A DNA stretch of 64,000 nucleotides, from assembly GCA_965207225.1 (NCBI GenBank), contig CBDBLV010000005.1:704001-768000 (forward strand), written 5' to 3'. Positions 62,042 through 64,000 of this stretch are shown in pieces. Within the stretch, counting starts at the first letter, position 1. Each line of letters begins with the position of its first letter. The notes under the pieces are model-generated. The model did not search any database and had not been told where the DNA came from. It saw nothing but the letters and a program-made list of their open reading frames with translations. Both the position numbers and the translations under genes were made by a program. This DNA is from Dehalococcoidia bacterium (GTDB lineage: Bacteria > Chloroflexota > Dehalococcoidia > Plut-88900).

Positions 62042-62943
62042 GTCATTACCTCGTTCTGCTGAGGCTCGACCCGCTCTATCTCCTCATCGAACACCGACCT
62101 CAACGCCACTTCCTCAGACGCCAGCGCAACCACATCGTCCGTTTCCATCAGCACCAGAGGCTTCAGCGCCAACGGGTCCTTCGCCGACCCCATCCCCTGG
62201 TCAGTCGAAACCAGGTAGGTGAAGGAGCCGTCCAGGTCGTCCAGCGAGTCGAAGAGGGCGTCTTCCAGGCCCGCGCCCTGGGCCAGCTTCTCCGCAAGGT
62301 ACACTGCGATTAGCTCCGAGTCGTTCTCAGTCTGAAAGCGGTGTCCCCGGTCCTCGTACTGCCGCTTCATCTTGTGGTAGTTGGTCAGCTGTCCGTTGTG
62401 TACCACGGTCACGTCGGGAAACGGATATGCCCAGAAGGGGTGGGAGTGGGTGATGTCCACCCGACTCTCCGTCGCCAGCCTCACATGCCCGATCCCGTGG
62501 GTCCCCTTCATCGTCCCAATGCCGTGCTTGTCGTCCAGCTCCAGACCCGTACCCACGTCCTTCACAACTTCAGAGTTCTGGCCGATACTGTGAATTGTCA
62601 CCCCGGGAAGTTCGTAAAGCGCGGCCGCTAGGACGTTGACGTCACCTTCGTAGTTGACGTTCAGGCGCAGGAATTCTTCCGTAGACTGCCGGTTCTTCAC
62701 CACCCCGCCCTTTGCAATCACCGACTCCTCCACCGCCCTGAATCGCGCCCGGTAGTCGTCCTCGGGGTCCGACCAGATCCTGACTATCAGGTCCGACTTT
62801 GAGTCTTCCCCCGCAACCGTAATACCCGTCGAGTCAATGCCCCGGTGCTTCATCGCGTCCAGCATCCTCACCAGCTCTTCGCCTATCGGCGCCAGCCCCG
62901 AGGCTCCCGCATGCTTGTGCATTATTCCACTTATACCGCACAT
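62029..62943 (-). CDS. mgsA: N-methylglutamate synthase class II amidotransferase subunit (GlxB)
   Basis: MCGI, HRG.DS.G, GHVRLATES, HPF, VHNG, ENDSE. Confidence 0.92.
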   Translation of the reverse strand: MCGISGIMHKHAGASGLAPIGEELVRMLDAMKHRGIDSTGITVAGEDSKSDLIVRIWSDPEDDYRARFRAVEESVIAKGGVVKNRQSTEEFLRLNVNYEGDVNVLAAALYELPGVTIHSIGQNSEVVKDVGTGLELDDKHGIGTMKGTHGIGHVRLATESRVDITHSHPFWAYPFPDVTVVHNGQLTNYHKMKRQYEDRGHRFQTENDSELIAVYLAEKLAQGAGLEDALFDSLDDLDGSFTYLVSTDQGMGSAKDPLALKPLVLMETDDVVALASEEVALRSVFDEEIERVEPQQNEVMTWLI

Positions 62944-63024
62944 CTCTTATCTTCTCCCGGGCGCGGTGTCGTGGGAGTTCACACCGGCGTTACATTGAAA
63001 TTCGTGCCACCCCGACAACGCGTC

Positions 63025-63053
63025 ATTATATATGTGGGAAAATTGGCGGGCAA
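63025..63053 (-). promoter_or_regulatory. sigma70 promoter of the mgs-gmaS operon
   Basis: Minus strand TTGCCC-N17-TATAAT, ~80 nt before mgsA. Confidence 0.65.
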
Positions 63054-63077
63054 GGAAAAAGCGGCCCGTGCTTGGCC

Positions 63078-63599
63078 CTACACCCTCTTGGAAGGCCTCT
63101 CAAACACCCTGAACTCCACGTCAATCGAAGTAGGGTGCAGCGTCAGCATCGCCACCGACCCCGGCATCATGAAGTCCGGGTACCCGGGCCCCGGATTCAC
63201 GATAAGCGTGTTATCGACATAATGCTCGACCCGCTCGTGTGTGTGTCCGTACAGGATGATGTCCTGCCGCCCCAGCTCTTCCAGTATCCGCTCCTCGATC
63301 CCGTCCGGCTCCATCCCCCACCACGGGTGAATAACCCCTAGCGTCCACTGCCCGATCGCAAAAAACTGCTTGTCTGGCAATATCCTCCGCGTCTCGTCCT
63401 TGTCCGTATTCCCGAACACCCCTACAAACTTCGGGTGGTCGTCAATCAACTGGTGGACCAGGGTCGGACCCGTAAAATCCCCACTGTGCACAATCCAGTC
63501 GGCTTCCTTCAGAGCCTCCTGGACAACCGGATGAAGCTCGCCCTTCTCCCGAACATGAGTGTCCGAGAAATGAAGCAACTTTATTGGACTGTGCGGCAT
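63078..63599 (-). CDS. YfcE-like metallophosphoesterase
   Basis: SDTH, HSGD, GNTD, GHTH, NPG. Confidence 0.9.
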   Translation of the reverse strand: MPHSPIKLLHFSDTHVREKGELHPVVQEALKEADWIVHSGDFTGPTLVHQLIDDHPKFVGVFGNTDKDETRRILPDKQFFAIGQWTLGVIHPWWGMEPDGIEERILEELGRQDIILYGHTHERVEHYVDNTLIVNPGPGYPDFMMPGSVAMLTLHPTSIDVEFRVFERPSKRV

Positions 63600-63621
63600 A
63601 AAACTAGTATAGCCTGTCGCT

Positions 63622-63792
63622 TCAAGAACCAGCGGTTCCAGGCGCCAGCGCCGACGCCAAAACCCGCTCCAGAAAAGCCATCTGCGCCGGCGTAAACGGC
63701 ACCAGCCTCGGTGACGGACACGCGTCCAGCGCTTCCTTCATCGCCGTACTCACCCGAGCCTTTATCTCTTCGCTTGCGGATTCTGCACTCAA
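63622..63792 (-). CDS. Small hypothetical protein (56 aa, absent from the ORF track)
   Basis: SD AAGGAG, 7 nt, TTG; MSAESASEEIKARVSTAMKEALDACPSPRLVPFTPAQMAFLERVLASALAPGTAGS*; fills the gap between co-oriented genes. Confidence 0.55.
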   Translation of the reverse strand: MSAESASEEIKARVSTAMKEALDACPSPRLVPFTPAQMAFLERVLASALAPGTAGS

Positions 63793-63812
63793 CACCCGAC
63801 TCCTTGCTTAAC

Positions 63813-64000
63813 CTACCTGCAATCTTCGATTGGCACTTCAATCTGTCGATCCCGGTACATCGGGATCGCCGACACGTAGTCCTCGTCTTCTCCCGCTCTC
63901 TGCATCCCAGGCGGCAGGTCCCCGACCACCGCACCGGGCACCCCCATCACCACCTTCCTGTCTTCCACCTCCGCCTTCGGCGCTACCACCGACCCCGCTG
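63813..64000 (-). CDS. Gamma-carbonic-anhydrase/hexapeptide-repeat protein, C-terminal fragment
   Basis: Manual translation AGSVVAPKAEVEDRKVVMGVPGAVVG...*; 5' part outside window. Confidence 0.7.
   Translation of the reverse strand, partial: AGSVVAPKAEVEDRKVVMGVPGAVVGDLPPGMQRAGEDEDYVSAIPMYRDRQIEVPIEDCR

Noticed and set aside
62995-63010. sigma54 promoter (TGGCAC) upstream of mgsA
   Set aside because: The -12 element reads TTCA rather than TTGC, and a good sigma70 promoter is adjacent.

Overview
A GC-rich (~60%, by eye) bacterial chromosome segment. It is most consistent with Chloroflexota, class Dehalococcoidia (SAR202-like); this is inferred from the RpoB/RpoC insertions, a complex I without NuoEFG, and paralogous flavin monooxygenase, acyl-CoA dehydrogenase and amidohydrolase genes. 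1-24 kb is core: rpoB (partial), rpoC, pyrD, pdxST, GNAT-like, Ycf45-like, tmk, nuoABCDHIJKLMN, mmsA. 24-37 kb is accessory: hicAB with a frameshifted toxin, two tandem Baeyer-Villiger monooxygenases, an ABC exporter, a TcuA-like flavoprotein, an acyl-CoA dehydrogenase, folD and ggt. A 1.3-kb non-coding gap there holds REP-like palindromes, an orphan promoter, and three ~82-bp tandem units with a covarying, apparently pseudoknotted structure (candidate new ncRNA). The strongest candidate for an undescribed system is 37.5-46.7 kb, a putative sterol-tailoring and export module with no sterol cyclase in the window. It comprises a GPP34(GOLPH3)-P450 fusion, an Erg6-like sterol C24-methyltransferase, an MMPL/RND transporter, a Neverland/KshA-like Rieske oxygenase and a mycobacterial-type LprG/P55 pair. 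49-63 kb is a methylamine N-methylglutamate pathway cluster (mgsABC, gmaS, sarcosine-oxidase-like subunits) in rearranged order with an inserted EutD/creatinase-like hydrolase. All functional calls come from recalled motifs; no database searches were run.
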